Source: Paraspadella gotoi
Lineage: Eukaryota > Animalia > Chaetognatha
Direction: 5' to 3'
Assembly: GCA_051294375.1 (NCBI GenBank)
Contig: CM119265.1
Span: 7,388,629 to 7,452,628, forward strand
Length of the DNA: 64,000 nucleotides
Below, one piece after another: positions 25,357 to 39,170 of this stretch; positions within the stretch are counted from its first letter, which is position 1, and each line of letters opens with the position of its first letter. Both the position numbers and the translations under genes were made by a program. The notes beneath the pieces were generated by a model, which was given only the letters and a program-made list of their open reading frames with translations, was not told where the DNA came from and searched no databases.

Positions 25357-26354
25357 CTAAATAAAAGTCACTAAGCTTTTTATTTTATTATTATATTATT
25401 ATTATTCTACGTGAATTTAACGATATTTGCTAAAATTGATATGACACACCCTCCATTCCAATTTGCTGGAGAAATGAACCGACAGACATCACGATTAATT
25501 GAGAATTAGATATTAAAAATAAATTTAAAATGGAAGCACAATTATTTGTAGATATATTTTTTTCTTTCCTAGAAAAGCAAAGGAAATTTTTCTGAGGCGA
25601 GGACACGGCCGACTTTTCTTGTCAGCTTTGGTTACCTTGGGGTTGCGTGTCTCGTCGCACCAGACCGTTGAAGGAAGAAAATCCTTTCTTTGTATTTATT
25701 CTTTTATTTTCTATTAAATTATATAGAAAAAAGCTTGGCTTAATTAATCTAACGCACTCTTCAGTTAAATAATAATAAACTTCAATCAATATACCTAGAT
25801 TTTCAGATTTTATAGTTTTTATGTGCTCTTGCTTTCATTTCATATAAAACGGTCTTTTGTTTTCTTCCTCATTTTTCTATCACAAGGGTGAGCAAGCTTT
25901 GCAACTTTCTGTAAAAAAGTTAGATATTCGAAACAGAGGAACATTCAGTATACGTATTCAGTATTCAAAAATTCAGTATTTCAGTATTTCAAATATACTT
26001 TTTAAACCACAGCAGTATATAAATATCAGCATTAAAAAACTTTTAACGAAATTTAGTCATTGCACAAAGTCGATAGCCTCTTTTCCGGAAAACAGTTGAC
26101 ATACGATTCCTACTATAAAATCAAACAAAAACGTCTCCCAGTTGACAACAGGCGTCAAAAAAAATACGCGGTTTGTTTTATACAGGGGGAAAAAACTTGT
26201 TATTTAAGGCGTCATGAAGATCGAAGAGGAGAGAAAAAATGTGAAAGAAAAAGCTTTTTCAAGAAAACGTGACAGTTTGTGATGATTTTCTTGTGTCCCT
26301 TCTTCAAAGAAATCTCTCTCTCTTTCTCTCTCCTCTCTCTCTCTCTCTCTCTCT

Positions 26355-26385
<31 letters not shown>

Positions 26386-26950
26386 CTCTCTCTCTCCTCT
26401 CTCTCTCTAGGAACAACCCTGAGGGAATTTGAGGGAAGCGACATTTCCTAGAGAAAACTAAAGGTCATCCCAAAAAAGAAGCTTTTCCTTTCGAATTCCA
26501 TCTCACCCAAACCCACCTTCTCTCTCTCTCTCTCTCGTCTCTCTCTCTCTCTCTCTCTCTCTCTGCTCTCTCTCTCTCTCCTCTCAAACATAAACCTAAA
26601 CCTTTCTAAGCCAAAGTACTCCACGTCGCCATTTTATGTTGCTACTTTTGAAATCGTCGCCTCCTTCCATTTTCGCTTACCCACGCCAATTTTTATACTT
26701 CGCAAAAGATCACAGCTTTTTTAAAAAATAGCTTTACTTGGGTAATAGGCATTATCGAGCCATGCCATTGCTTTTTTGCCTCGCCTTTGACCGAGAAAAA
26801 AAAACTTGCGCGATTCATCTCTTTTATTTTTTTTGTGAATTTATTTTTTTTTCGTGACGGATTCATCGCGACGCATCTTGCTTCGGCGTCCGCATCGTTA
26901 CCGTCATTTTGGACCATCGACCGTTGGCCCCAAAGTCCATTGGTGGAGAG

Positions 26951-27030
<80 letters not shown>

Positions 27031-27759
27031 TTAAGGAGTTAGCGGANNNNNNNNNNNNNNNNNNNNNNNNNCGCGATAAAACAGTCCCAGAGATACTGAA
27101 TAAAAAAGTATCTACTAAAAAAATATCGGTCCTCAGAAAAAAAGAAAGATGGTCGGGCTTCGAACTTAACGGGCAGTTGACAGGATTTTCGAAAGACGAT
27201 TGCTTTTTTAACAGGTGAAAAAAGAGCAAACATCCTGACATTGTCGCTTGACTGAGTTTCTTACTCAGTTTAATCACTTTGTATATTATAGTTGAAAAGG
27301 ATAAACACCAAAAGCAAAAGGCTCTACAAAGGAAGAGAAATTCTAAATTTCTTTTAAGAGATCCTCGAGTGAGTATCAGACTCCACGATGTGCTAAGATC
27401 CTTTGGTTGAGACACAATCTACTTTTACTTTCTGAAACGAAAAGCAGCGGCGCTGCGGGGGATTTTTTTCAAAGAAGCGGATCAAAGAAGCGGACGAAAA
27501 ACGAGAGAAGCGAAGGCGAAAACTGGACGAAACGCTGGAGCAACGAACGTCTGTCCGTGATGAAGAGGCCCGAGAGTCTTGACCTCGTTCTGGCCTCTCT
27601 CTCTCTCATTGCGGGGTAAGTCTCTGCGGGTGTCGCTTCCTGGCTCGAGGGGGCGGTGAGGTTGGAAGAGGGAGGCGTGAAAGGGCGGAGCTGGAAGTGG
27701 GTATTCGCGCGAGTTATGGGACAGGCGCCGCTCGACTCCGGGAAGGAGAGAGAGAGAAA

Positions 27760-27818
<59 letters not shown>

Positions 27819-28450
27819 AGAGGAGAGAGATAGAGAGGAGAGAGGCCAGAACGAGGTCAAGACTCTCGGGCGCTCTTCATCACGACAGATCGTATTCGTT
27901 CTGCCAGCGTTTCGTCCAAGGTTTGTCTCGCTCCTTCGCTCTTCCCTCGTTTTTCGTCCGCTCTTTGATCCGCTTCTTTTTTGAAAAAAATCCCCCGCAG
28001 CGCCGCTGCTTTTCGTTTCAAGAAAGTAAAAAGTAGATGGTGTCTCAACCAAAGGATCTTAGCACATGTGGAGTCTGTAGTACTCGACTCGAGGATCTCT
28101 TAAAGAAATTTAAGAATTTCCTCTTCCTTTTGTACGACGCTTTTGCTTTGTGGTGTTTATCTTTGTCAACATAATAGTACAAAGGTGATTGAACTGAGTA
28201 AGAAACTCAGTCAAGCGACAATGTCAGGATGTTTGCTCTTTTGTTCACCTTGTTAAAAAAGCAATCGTCGTTCGAAAATCCTGTCATACTGCCCGTTGAA
28301 GTTCGAAGCCGACCATCTTTCTTTTTTTCTGAGTGACCGAATTTTTTTTAGTAGATTACTTTTTTTATTCAGTATCTCTGGGACTGTTTGTATCGCGTCC
28401 GCTACGTCTTTAAACTCTCTCTCTCCTCTCTCTTCTCTCTCTCTTCTCTG

Positions 28451-28504
<54 letters not shown>

Positions 28505-28908
28505 ATGGATTTGGGCCAACGGTCGTGGTCCAAAATATGACGGTAACGTGCGGACGCGAAGCAAGATGGCGTCGCGGAATGGAATCCGTCACGGAAAAAA
28601 AATAAATTCACAAAAAAAAAAAGACATGAATCGCGCAAGTTTTTTTTTCCTCGGTCAAAGGCGAGGCCAAAAAAGCAATTTGCATGGCTCGATAATGCCT
28701 ATTACCCAAGTAAAGCTATTTTTTAAAAAAGCTGTGATCTTTTGCGAAGGTATAAAAATTGCGTGGGTAAGCGAAAATGGGAAGGGAAGCGACGATTTCA
28801 AAAAGTAGGCAACATAAAATGGCGACGTGGAGTACTTGGCTTAGAAAGTTAGGTATGTTGAAAGAAGATTGTAATTTAGTGATGAAGGAGAGAACTGGGC
28901 AGGAGAAG

Positions 28909-28956
<48 letters not shown>

Positions 28957-29094
28957 CGAGAGAGAGAGAGAGAGAGAGAGAGACATGTTTGGGTGAGATG
29001 GAATCGAAAGGAAAAGCTTCTTTTTTGGGATACCTTGAGTTTTCTCTAGGAAATGTTCGCTTCCCCAAATTCCCTCAGGGGTTGTTCCTAAGAG

Positions 29095-29171
<77 letters not shown>

Positions 29172-30191
29172 AGAAGAGAGATTTCTTTGAAGGAAGGGAC
29201 ACAAGAAAATCCATCACAAACTGTCACGTTTTCTGAAAAAGCTTTTCTTTCACATTTTTCTTCTCCTCTTCGATCTTCATGACGCCTTAAATAACAAGTT
29301 TTTCCCCCTGTATAAAACAAACCGGCGTATATTTTTTTTTACGCCTGTTGTCAACTGGGAGACGTTTGTTTTATTTTATAGTAGGAATCGTATGTCAACT
29401 GTTTTCTCGGAAAAGAGGCTATCGACTTGTGCAATGACTAAATTTCGTTTAAAAGTTTTTTAATGCTGCTATTTATATACTGCTGTGTTTAAAAAGTATA
29501 TTTGAAATACTGAAATACTAATTTTTGAATACTGAATAACGTATAGCTGAATGTTCCTCTGTTCGAATATCTAACTTTTTTTACAGAAAGTGCAAAGCTT
29601 GCTCACCCTTGTGATAAGAAAAATGAGCGAAGAAAACAAAAGACCTGTTTTATATGAAATGAAAGCCAAGAGCACATAAATACTATAAAATCTGAAAATC
29701 TAGGTATATTGATTGAAGTTTATTATTATTTAACTGAAGAGTGCGTTTTAGATATAAGCCAAGCTTTATTCTATATAATTTAATAGAAAATAAAAGAATA
29801 ATAACAAGAGAAGGGATTAAATCTTCCTCAACGGTCTGGTGCGACGAGACACGCAACCCAAGGTAAACCAAAGCTGACAAAGAAAGTCGGCCGTGTCCTC
29901 GCCTCAGAAAATTTCCTTTTGCTTTGTTTCAGGAAGAGAAAAAAATATATCTACAAATAATTGTGCTTCCATTTTAAAAAAAAAAAAAAAAAAACAAAAA
30001 AAAAAAAAAAAAAAAAAATTTATTTTTAATATTTAATTCTCAATTAATCGTGATGTCTGTCGGTCATTCTCCCAGCAAATTGGAAATTGGAGGTGTTGTC
30101 ATATCAAATAAATTTAGCTATATAATCGTTAAATTCACTAGAATAATATAAATATATAATAAAATAAAAAGCTTTAGTGACTTTATTGTAG

Positions 30192-33100
30192 ACGCGGTTT
30201 CGGAGTCGTGGGCGGTTTCCAACGCACGTCCTCTGGGAAGACAGGGAGATACGATTCGACATCGGCTGCCCTCTGAGGTCCGTTTTAACAAATAAAATCC
30301 CGCAATTCGTGCATTTGAGTTATAATGGCAACAATTTATTTTCCTTAAATGTGAAAGCAAACACTAATAACGAAGGACTTATTTTCGACCTTTGTTTATA
30401 GATGTGTTGAATGTAATGAGTGCAGATTATCACCCGTGACTTATTTATCTTGCATTATAAACTGCCCCTCACTGTCCAGATCGACCTCGTCTTGGGAAAA
30501 AAGCTGATCGATTCGAGTTTGATTTTGTGGAAGACACAAAAGGTGGAATTTTGACCGTATGAAGTGAAAAGTCTTGTTTTTAAGAAAAATTTCACTTCCT
30601 TTCCTCGAGGCAACAACGGCGATAGGCGGACGACTTCTCGTCACAACCTCCGTCTTTTGTGGCACTCCGGAAAAACGCAGACCAGAAGTCAACTCTTATG
30701 CGTTTCACTGCCGTGCTCAAGTATGGATTGAGAAATTGGGAATTGGGATTGGGATTTTGTGTGTGTCATTCGAGGTGTGATTGGAGCCGCGTATATAATA
30801 ATCTTAAGTAAAACTAGGCAGGTTTACGAATGATGCTATGTTATGCTAAATTTTGTTATTGTTATTGTTTGTATTATTTTTATTTTGTTAAATATTTTTT
30901 GATTAGTTAATATTTCTTTCTTTTTTCTTTCAGCGTCCAAGTGAAATCTGCGACGTCCAGATTCGTGGCACCAATGTTCTTTTTCAGGTCTCTTTACATT
31001 CTCACCAAAGTGAAACAACACGAGGTCGTCAATATGGTTTAGAGTTTTAGCGCAATTGTTGTAACCAGGAGGTGAATAACTTTTTAATTAATTAATGTAA
31101 TTAACGATTAATCAAGTAAAATTGATATTAGAACAATATAACTTAACGTCATCGCAAGCAAACATGAAATTTGATAAATGAATGCATCATGCATTTATAT
31201 TAATTAGCAGAAAATAGGTGATTTTTTGTGTTGTTTTTTTTTAATTGATTCGAACAATTTGGTTAAATGCACCTATTTTTATTCATATTGAATATATATA
31301 ACCAATGATTGATTTGTTTAATTGGTTAACAAACACAACTAAAGTAAGATTTACATTAAAGCAATTATAGAATTAAAGACTCCAACTTCTTTACCTCATT
31401 CCAACTCAACACCCTCCAGTTTCTCCTCAATCAGATTCGAGTTCATCCTTCACTCTCCTGTTTTCTCCTCCAATCCAGATTTGGTTATCCTCACTCTCCG
31501 AGTCATCTTCACTCTCCGTTTGTCTCAATCAGATTGTGGTTCATCTTTACGTTTCCCTTTTTCCTCCATCAGATTCGAGTTCTCTTCACTCTCCCATTTT
31601 CTTCTCCAATCAGATTCAAGTTCATCTTCACTCTCCCCGTTTTCTCCTCCAATCAGTATCTCGTATCCGTTCTTTCAGATTCATTCACTCACTCTCTGTT
31701 TTTCTCCTCCAATCAGATTTGAGTTCATCCTCACTCTCCGAGTTATCTTCACGTCTCCTTTTCTCCTCCAATCAAATTCGGAGTTCATCTTCCACTCTCC
31801 CATTTTCTCCTCAATCAGATTCAAGTTCATCCTTCACTCTCCATGTTTTCTCCTCCAATCAGATTCGAGTTCATCTTCACCATATCTTCGTCCCGGATCT
31901 CCGCGTCTCTTTTCTCCGCCATCTCCGTCCATCGCGCCTTCGAAGACGTCAAAGCGTCTTCAGAAGTCAAAGCTAAGATCGCCGTCGTCAGGACAAGCAG
32001 TTGTGCTGCTGCCGAAGGAGGAGATCATAACAAGGTGAGTGCCTGATTCTCTGAATCGGAAGCTGTCGCTGTCGCATTGAGACACACGCCCTAACACTTT
32101 TTTTCTTTTTTCTTTCTTCTTTTTCTTTCTTTCTTTCTTTCTTTCTTCTCTTCTTTCTTTCTTTCTTTTCTCAGATCGTCGGGTTGGAATTTGTTCAATG
32201 CTATCAGGGCAACCTGGAACCATCTTTATTACGAAACGTCAGAGTACGGTAATAATTAAATCTCCAGAATTATGATCGATTCCTTATATATTTAATATAA
32301 CGAAGGACATTACTCATAGACGCCTCCTTTTCTCTCTTCTTTATTATTTCCAGTGTTGGCACGCCAACATGAACGAGAGCTTCAACGTCTCCATCCCTTA
32401 TCCCAAATCGGTTCGACGAAAGTCAGGGATTTCCAGTTCGCGTCGCGATGGTCGATCCGAAAACATCGAGGCAAAGCGGCTCTTACGTCCTCGGTAAGTT
32501 TCCCTTCTTTATGAACACCTAATCGCCTTAGCGATTTACTTTTTCAGCTGAAATTTGACATTAACCTCCGTTTTTCTATTCCCATCTTATATACGTAATC
32601 CGCTATATTTTCTGTTAGAGATGCCTTAACCCAAAAAGCTGTCAATGAACATAGCTTGTCCAATGTCACATCTGACACATTGTCCACTGTCATTGTCCAA
32701 ATTCAGGGAGAAATGGCATATTATTTAATTGTCAATCTCAGTATTGAAAAAAGGTTTCCGCATCGATCCGACGGAACGACTGAAAGTAAGAGTCTCAGGA
32801 ATCAAAGCCTCCAGCGGCGACCTTTAAATCGCGTCATCCCATAAATTGGGGTGAAATATCATGACGAGGAAAGAGAAGAGAGACAGAAGAAATGGGAGAA
32901 GAGACGCTGGACGAAGTTGTAATCGATGTGGAAGACAAGGGGAGAGAAAGCAGAAGAGAAAGAGGAAGGAACTAGGGAGGGAAAATCAGATGTATAAAAT
33001 TTAGAGCGTGAAGAATATAGAAAAATATATAGGTGTACCGTAAAAGATTAATGAGACAAAACGATACCGAATGCTAAATCGAGATGAATACATATTATAT

Positions 33101-34220
33101 ATAGAATTTTACTATTTTGTGTTGTCATTATTTGTTAAGATGTTTATATTTACAGCGACGAGTAAACAACTCGATCGATTCGGAGATAGATACGGAACCG
33201 AGTCACGCTGGTATTCGAGGGTAAATTATAAACGTAATCATATTACATCTATAAATAGGGAGTGCCGCCACTCAATGGGCGTAGAAAGATAAAAATTTAG
33301 AGAACATGCTCAAATAATTAAACCAATTTTAAGAATTATTTCCAACTGGCAAAAAATTTCTAAATATGCTCTATACCCTTGTAAATTAATTTTATTAATA
33401 TTTATTTATAGATAGGAACAGCAAATTTTTTTTATAATTTTTAAATTTATAAGATGAGATTCAGATAGACTCAATAAGAACGTTGTCTGCACAAGAATGA
33501 TTCTTTTTTTTAAACTTTACGAAAGTGACGATCATAAGAAAAACTGTAAAAATCATTTATCATCTCATCTTTCGATGATTTTCGTCAGTTTTCTTTATAT
33601 TTTCACTTAGACAAACGTAGAACTTTTAAAAAGCCGTCATATTTCACTATTTCTTGAATTTAACCTTTTTCCAGCTCTATCAGATCCATCAAAAAATTTT
33701 AAGATTTAAAAAAAAATACTTCTTTGCTATTGTAATAATAATATCCTTTTAATTAGGACGAGCTACCCTCCAGCAAGAAAGGCATTTTTGACAAAAAATA
33801 TTTAATACCACTAATCATATGTCATGATAGATTCTTATACTCTTTCGAGACGCTGTATACATTAGCCATTTAAATTTCATCCGCTATGTGTATCTTAAGC
33901 GCGTCATCGACCTCCGCGTAGTTATGATTATTTGTTTCTTTTTATGTAATCACTTACCATGTAAACCGCACTAATTTTTATCAGTATTCATCCACATTCC
34001 GCATCGGTTTATTTGCTTTTTAATTATCTTTTCCTCCTCCTCCTCCTCGCTCTCCTCACTCAGACGATCACCACCACGAAGATACGCGACTCGGTCTCAG
34101 CGAAGACTCTCTCGAAAAGCCCGCAACGGCTCGCTCAAGACGGCTTCACCTCAAGAGCATGGGAAGTCGCTCCTTGAAGGATCTCTTGGATCCTCCACGA
34201 TTTGGAGAAATTTAGAATCC
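30192..34220 (+). pseudogene. BBS5: Inverted, indel-ridden copy of BBS5 (probably an assembly artefact)
   Basis: Same exons and introns as 21339-25356 in reverse orientation, with frameshifts in nearly every exon. Confidence 0.7.
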
Positions 34221-35183
34221 ACCACATCTTATTCATATATTTTCAGTTTGAAGATGCTTTTATCGAAGTTTTAAAAAGTTTCTATATTAGTTTATTTTAT
34301 TTAATTTAAAAGTTTATTATAGTATATTTTGCAAGTAGAGCGTAAAGTTTTTTTTTTTTTCGTCAATTAAAACGTCAAAAAGTCAAAGACACTTTCAAGT
34401 TTGGCGCGATATTTATCGGAATCGACGAAGCGCGTCCTCGGTTTGGACGCCTCTCTCTCTCCTACTGCTTCTCTCCATCTCTTTCCCTCTTGTATCTAAA
34501 ACGTTTTACGCATTCTTCCCACCTCAACTTCTACACCCCTGTCACATAACCGTCCGCTCGAAGACCGGAAGTTTTAAAAAAAAGTATCAAGTCTCAAGTG
34601 GGGCCAAAGTGAATGAGTTGTCACTTTTTTCTCTCGAGAAACGACGAAACTTACACGACTTAATGAGCTTGCCTTTAGATTTCGTCTCGAGATTCGATTC
34701 ATCTGGTAAAATATTTCGACGACTCACAATCTCAACGACGCTATTGTTTTGGTTTTGTTGGACTTATATGTACACTTCGTATTACCGAATTCATGCGATA
34801 CGAAAGCATGCCCATATAATTATTAACGGCTGTCTTATTAGTTGTTGTTTCAAGATCTTAAAAAAAATCATAATAACGAATATTCAACAAACAACCGCAT
34901 AAGCTATTGTAGTAATTTCGGCATTGTAATATTTATCGTCAGTATTATATAATACGCATCGGCACAAGTCTTAGTTATTATGTCAACCCACTCTTTTAGA
35001 AATAGTACCCTCGAGGGAAGTGAATGAGTGTAATATCCGCCTTCGCATATAGTTGCTGTAGTTTGCTGCGCTCGTGTATTTCTGTAGTAAAGCAATGTCA
35101 ATTAAAAAAATACGAGAGCAATACTCGGGAATAATCTCGAACAATCACAGGGGATCCAAATAAGATGGCGGGCAAATCAGCAT

Positions 35184-38100
35184 TCAGCAAATCTTGGTCG
35201 CCGGGCACTCGAATTGCTTGAAACGTCCCAAGTCACAACAGAGCGGCTTCGTTCTGATAGAAACCAAAAGTCTGCGGACGTCGACTCGCCGACGCAACCG
35301 TGGTCGCAGCCGACGTCGCAGAGCCGCGAAGAATGGCGACGCCGCTGCCACCGACGCCGCCGCGGGCCGCGGCCGCCGCAGCACAATAATCGACGACGTT
35401 GGAATTCTCGTCTTGCTTGAAGGCGGTCGTCTGCGGCGGCAAAGTCTGCGCCGGCGCGTCGTTCGCAGACGGCGGAGGCGGAGGAGTTGAGCATCGGAGC
35501 ATCAGGGCATCTTGGGGCATTGAAGCATTTCGGCAACAACGACTGTTCCACTTTGATCGAACAGGTAGAGGTATTGATGTCGTCGAGGTAGTTGACGGGG
35601 GCCTGGGCGTAGTAATCGGAAAAAAAAAAAAAAAAATTTATAATCAAAGAATAAGAATGAAAAAATATTTTTTAAAAAAACCCGAGCAGGAAAATAAAAC
35701 TACATTATCTAATTAACAAATGATCTCCTGGAAGAAAGTAAACAAAAACAGCGCTTCCGAATTGTACCTAATTCCAGCAGGGCTGTTTGTTGTTGGATGA
35801 TAAACTCCGTGAGAGTTCACAGATGTGAGTGGATCCTGCGACGGCGTCGGGGCATCATTCTCGGCGCCGTCGTCGTCGATTCCGGCGCCGAAGAGAGCGG
35901 CGACGAATGACGGCGTAGGCGCGTCGGCAGCGCCGCCGACCCAACCGGTCCGCCGACGCTACCTCCTGCCGGATCGAATTGCGCCCGCGCGACCCGCCGC
36001 GCGCGAGAGGGTAAGAGACGGGCAACTTGGCGCGCTCTGGGGCAGGCCGCGGTCAAAGGAGGCGGACCGCTTTCTCCGGCGAACACGGAGAAGCGTTGTC
36101 GAAGTTTGCTCCGCCGGATCTTGTGCTCTGGCAAGACTGCCGCTGCTGCTGCTGCTGCTGCCGCATCCGAGGACTCCGCCGCCGCATCCGTAGGATTGGA
36201 TGACCTCGTGCGTTCATGTTGAGAACGGTCAAGATGGGTTAAGGATTTCCGGGAGCTTTCTCTGGGAGATGACGGGGTTTCGCTGCTGGTCCACCATCTC
36301 CTTGATTTCCTGAGTAAATTTAAGAAATAAATGTCTATAAATATAAAGTGATATTAGACTAATTTTACAGTTGAATAAGCTGGATGTGTACGTTAAAAAC
36401 TAATATGACCAAAATTCAGTCAAAATACGTCTTCGCAGTTTATCTTGGAAGTTTTGTTTCATAGTACAAATTTGAACTTTTCAAAAATTTTTTCTCCCCT
36501 CAAAATTTTCTATCGTTCCGACGCGAACCTTACCTTAAAATAACCGTCGTAGGGACGTACTTCCTCCCGGCAGCTTGGCGTGAGGATATTTCGTGAGTTA
36601 ACGGCAGAGGCACGGGAAAGTCTGGTCGTAACTCATGCGCTCGTCGGTTCTTGCGCGTCGCCCCACGCTCGGCGATCTTCTGTCGGTCTTGGTGGATGAG
36701 AATTCGCCGCAAGGGTTCGTTCCAGTCGATGACGGCCGTGACGGGCGTCGGAGAGAAGTTCGAGATGAACTGACTGGAGAGGGTGTGAGAGTGAGGTTGG
36801 GGTGAGGCAAAATTGATTTACGCTAAAGGAAATAATTTCAAACTGCAAAAGAGTACGAAGACAGCAGTATTCTTTTGGTTTTCGGTTTAAAATAAGATTA
36901 AAGATAAAGAACTCACAACTTATTTAAAATGAACCAAAAGTATCTTCTGCCTTAAATAGGTACTGAAAAACAAAGTCAGTGGTCAATTCTACTTCTTGCC
37001 AACCTAATTTCCTTACGAATCCTGACTTCAAGCTGGGATCTTCAGGACTAAAGTTTAAAATCTTCTTAAAACCCCTTAGACAGCCCAGTCGCACAGTACC
37101 CTTTCTCCCACGCCCCAGAGACAAACGAATATCAATTTCCGCCAAGATAAACTTCGTCAGAAATCACGACCGAAGATGTTACGTCTTCATCCTCAATCAA
37201 TTCGATTCGTTCTTGTCAAGGCACTGAAGTCTTTTTTCAGCGGTCGCTGTCATCGTCGTCTCGTCGAAGTCGATCCCGGTCCACTTTCATTCGCCGTCCA
37301 AAAGTGTCGCCCCGAAGTATCCTCGTTGACGTTAATTTACGCTAATGCCCCGGGGATTAAAACCGTTAGGATTCATTTTGCCTTCGCGAATCGCGATCGA
37401 GAGAATCGAGAGAATCAGAGAGATTTGTTCTCAACTCGACGAGATCCGGACTTGGTGCTTGCCCCAGGACCACTTTTCGAGTTCGATCATTTTTTTTTTT
37501 TTTTGATGGCGTTCATTTGTTTGTTCGCTACGTTGGTCCTGGGTCAGTTGCGTTTGTTCTTCTCGTGCGTTCGAATTCTTGTTAAGAATATAAGTAATAA
37601 CATGTAAAAAACATTTATCTTCCCTTTCCCTTCCGTTGAAAATGAATTACCAATGTATTGATTATTCCAATATACGGTAATATCGAAGGACTCCTTCAAC
37701 TCACCCCACCCAAGTTCCGTTACTTTCCTCACCTGCAAAGTTGAAATCTGCCCGCCATTCGTGGTTGCAGAATTTGGCGGCCAATTTTTCTCAGCGGAAG
37801 CGTAGTCCACTTTGCCGACGGAGCTTTTCGACGTCGTCGTTCTCATCGTTCTCGTCGTCGTCGTCCGACGAAACGCTCGGCCTTCGCACGTAGGTAATTC
37901 CTGAGGGAAACGGGACAAGTATTTTGAATACTATGAGAAGGAGAGAGAAAGGATAGAAGACACATTGAGAAGGAGAAGATGAAGAAAGCAGAGAGAGAGA
38001 GAAACGTTTTCAGGAAAAGAGAACCTTTTTTAAAGGCAATTTGTCGAAGAGTAAGAAGGGAAAAAGAAGACCATGGAATAAAGAGACGAGAAGAGAGAGA

Positions 38101-39170
38101 CGAGAGAGAGAGAAGAACGTAAAGAGAGAGAGTAAATAGCCACGTTGACTGTTATACATAGAAAGATTTCGGTTTTCTCAAAAGCTCTTTATCTTAAAAA
38201 TCAATCTTGTGCTGAAAGAAAATTTGTACGATTTTGACTCGAGTGGCCTCTCGTAAAATCTCGATACGAGGGACATATAGTAGCGATTAAACGATTTGCT
38301 TTCACGCGCGACGGATTTGTACAGTGTCAAGAGCTCGCTTTGAATTTCTTCTGTATCGCCTTTATGCCTAACAGAAACTAGCGCAATATTTGTATCACCA
38401 AAAAAATATACTACCGAACGAATTATCGCCGGATCTTAATCTTTCCCACGGAGTAGTTTTTTTTTCTTCAAGACCCGGTTTTGTATATTATATATCATAA
38501 ACAGTTAAAAAAGGGAAAAAAATAACAGAATATAAATTCGATTTGAAGAAGAATGAGAATTCTTTAATAGACCGTGATATGAATTAAAAAAATATTTGGA
38601 GATAAGATTTAAATTTCTGGCGAAATTTAACGATTCAGCCAAAAAAATTTAACTCAGAAAAAGTCAGAAAACCTCACCGCGCACTGTGCAGTGATACCCC
38701 TTACCCGCAATTATCGTCCATTTTTCGCGGGTCGCTAGACAATCACAATCGCCCCAAACTGGTCGACAGCAGGCCGCGCCACTTCGGTCGGCGGACACCT
38801 AGGGCAGTGGCCGGAGCCCGCCCTTGACGTAGACCTGTCCGGAAGGCGTTCCGGACGAGCTCCTGCTTGGCCGGGATGGCCTGTCTTTCGAGTGATTGTT
38901 GTGTTTCTCGGTCTGAGGCGCATGTCGGCTAGATTGCGTCTTGTTCCAGACCCGCTGTGCGAGGGGGTCTTCTGCCGGATGTAGAATCTCGGGATCAATC
39001 CCACGTCGACCATGTCATGCCTTCGACGACGTCAGCATAGCGACAGCGACAGGCAGGAGTCGCCGAAAATCGAACGGCGTCTCCCGGCGTCGTCGGGAGA
39101 AGTCCGGCTGTTGATCGCCGCTGGCGCGGCGGCAGGGTGGACGGCGATTTGGAAGCGCGAGAGAGAGAGA
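35184..39170 (-). pseudogene. Inverted, indel-ridden copy of the PNT-ETS gene (probably an assembly artefact)
   Basis: Reverse complement of 16530-20486; ETS exon at ~36534-36775 and PNT exon at ~38705-39150. Confidence 0.7.

Larger units (their letters stand above)
27608..39170 (-). repeat. Inverted duplicate (fold-back) of 16530-27600, plus 2700-2932
   Basis: Reverse-complement colinearity over ~11 kb; indel density rises markedly around 32.6-35.1 kb and 37.9-38.3 kb. Confidence 0.92.
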
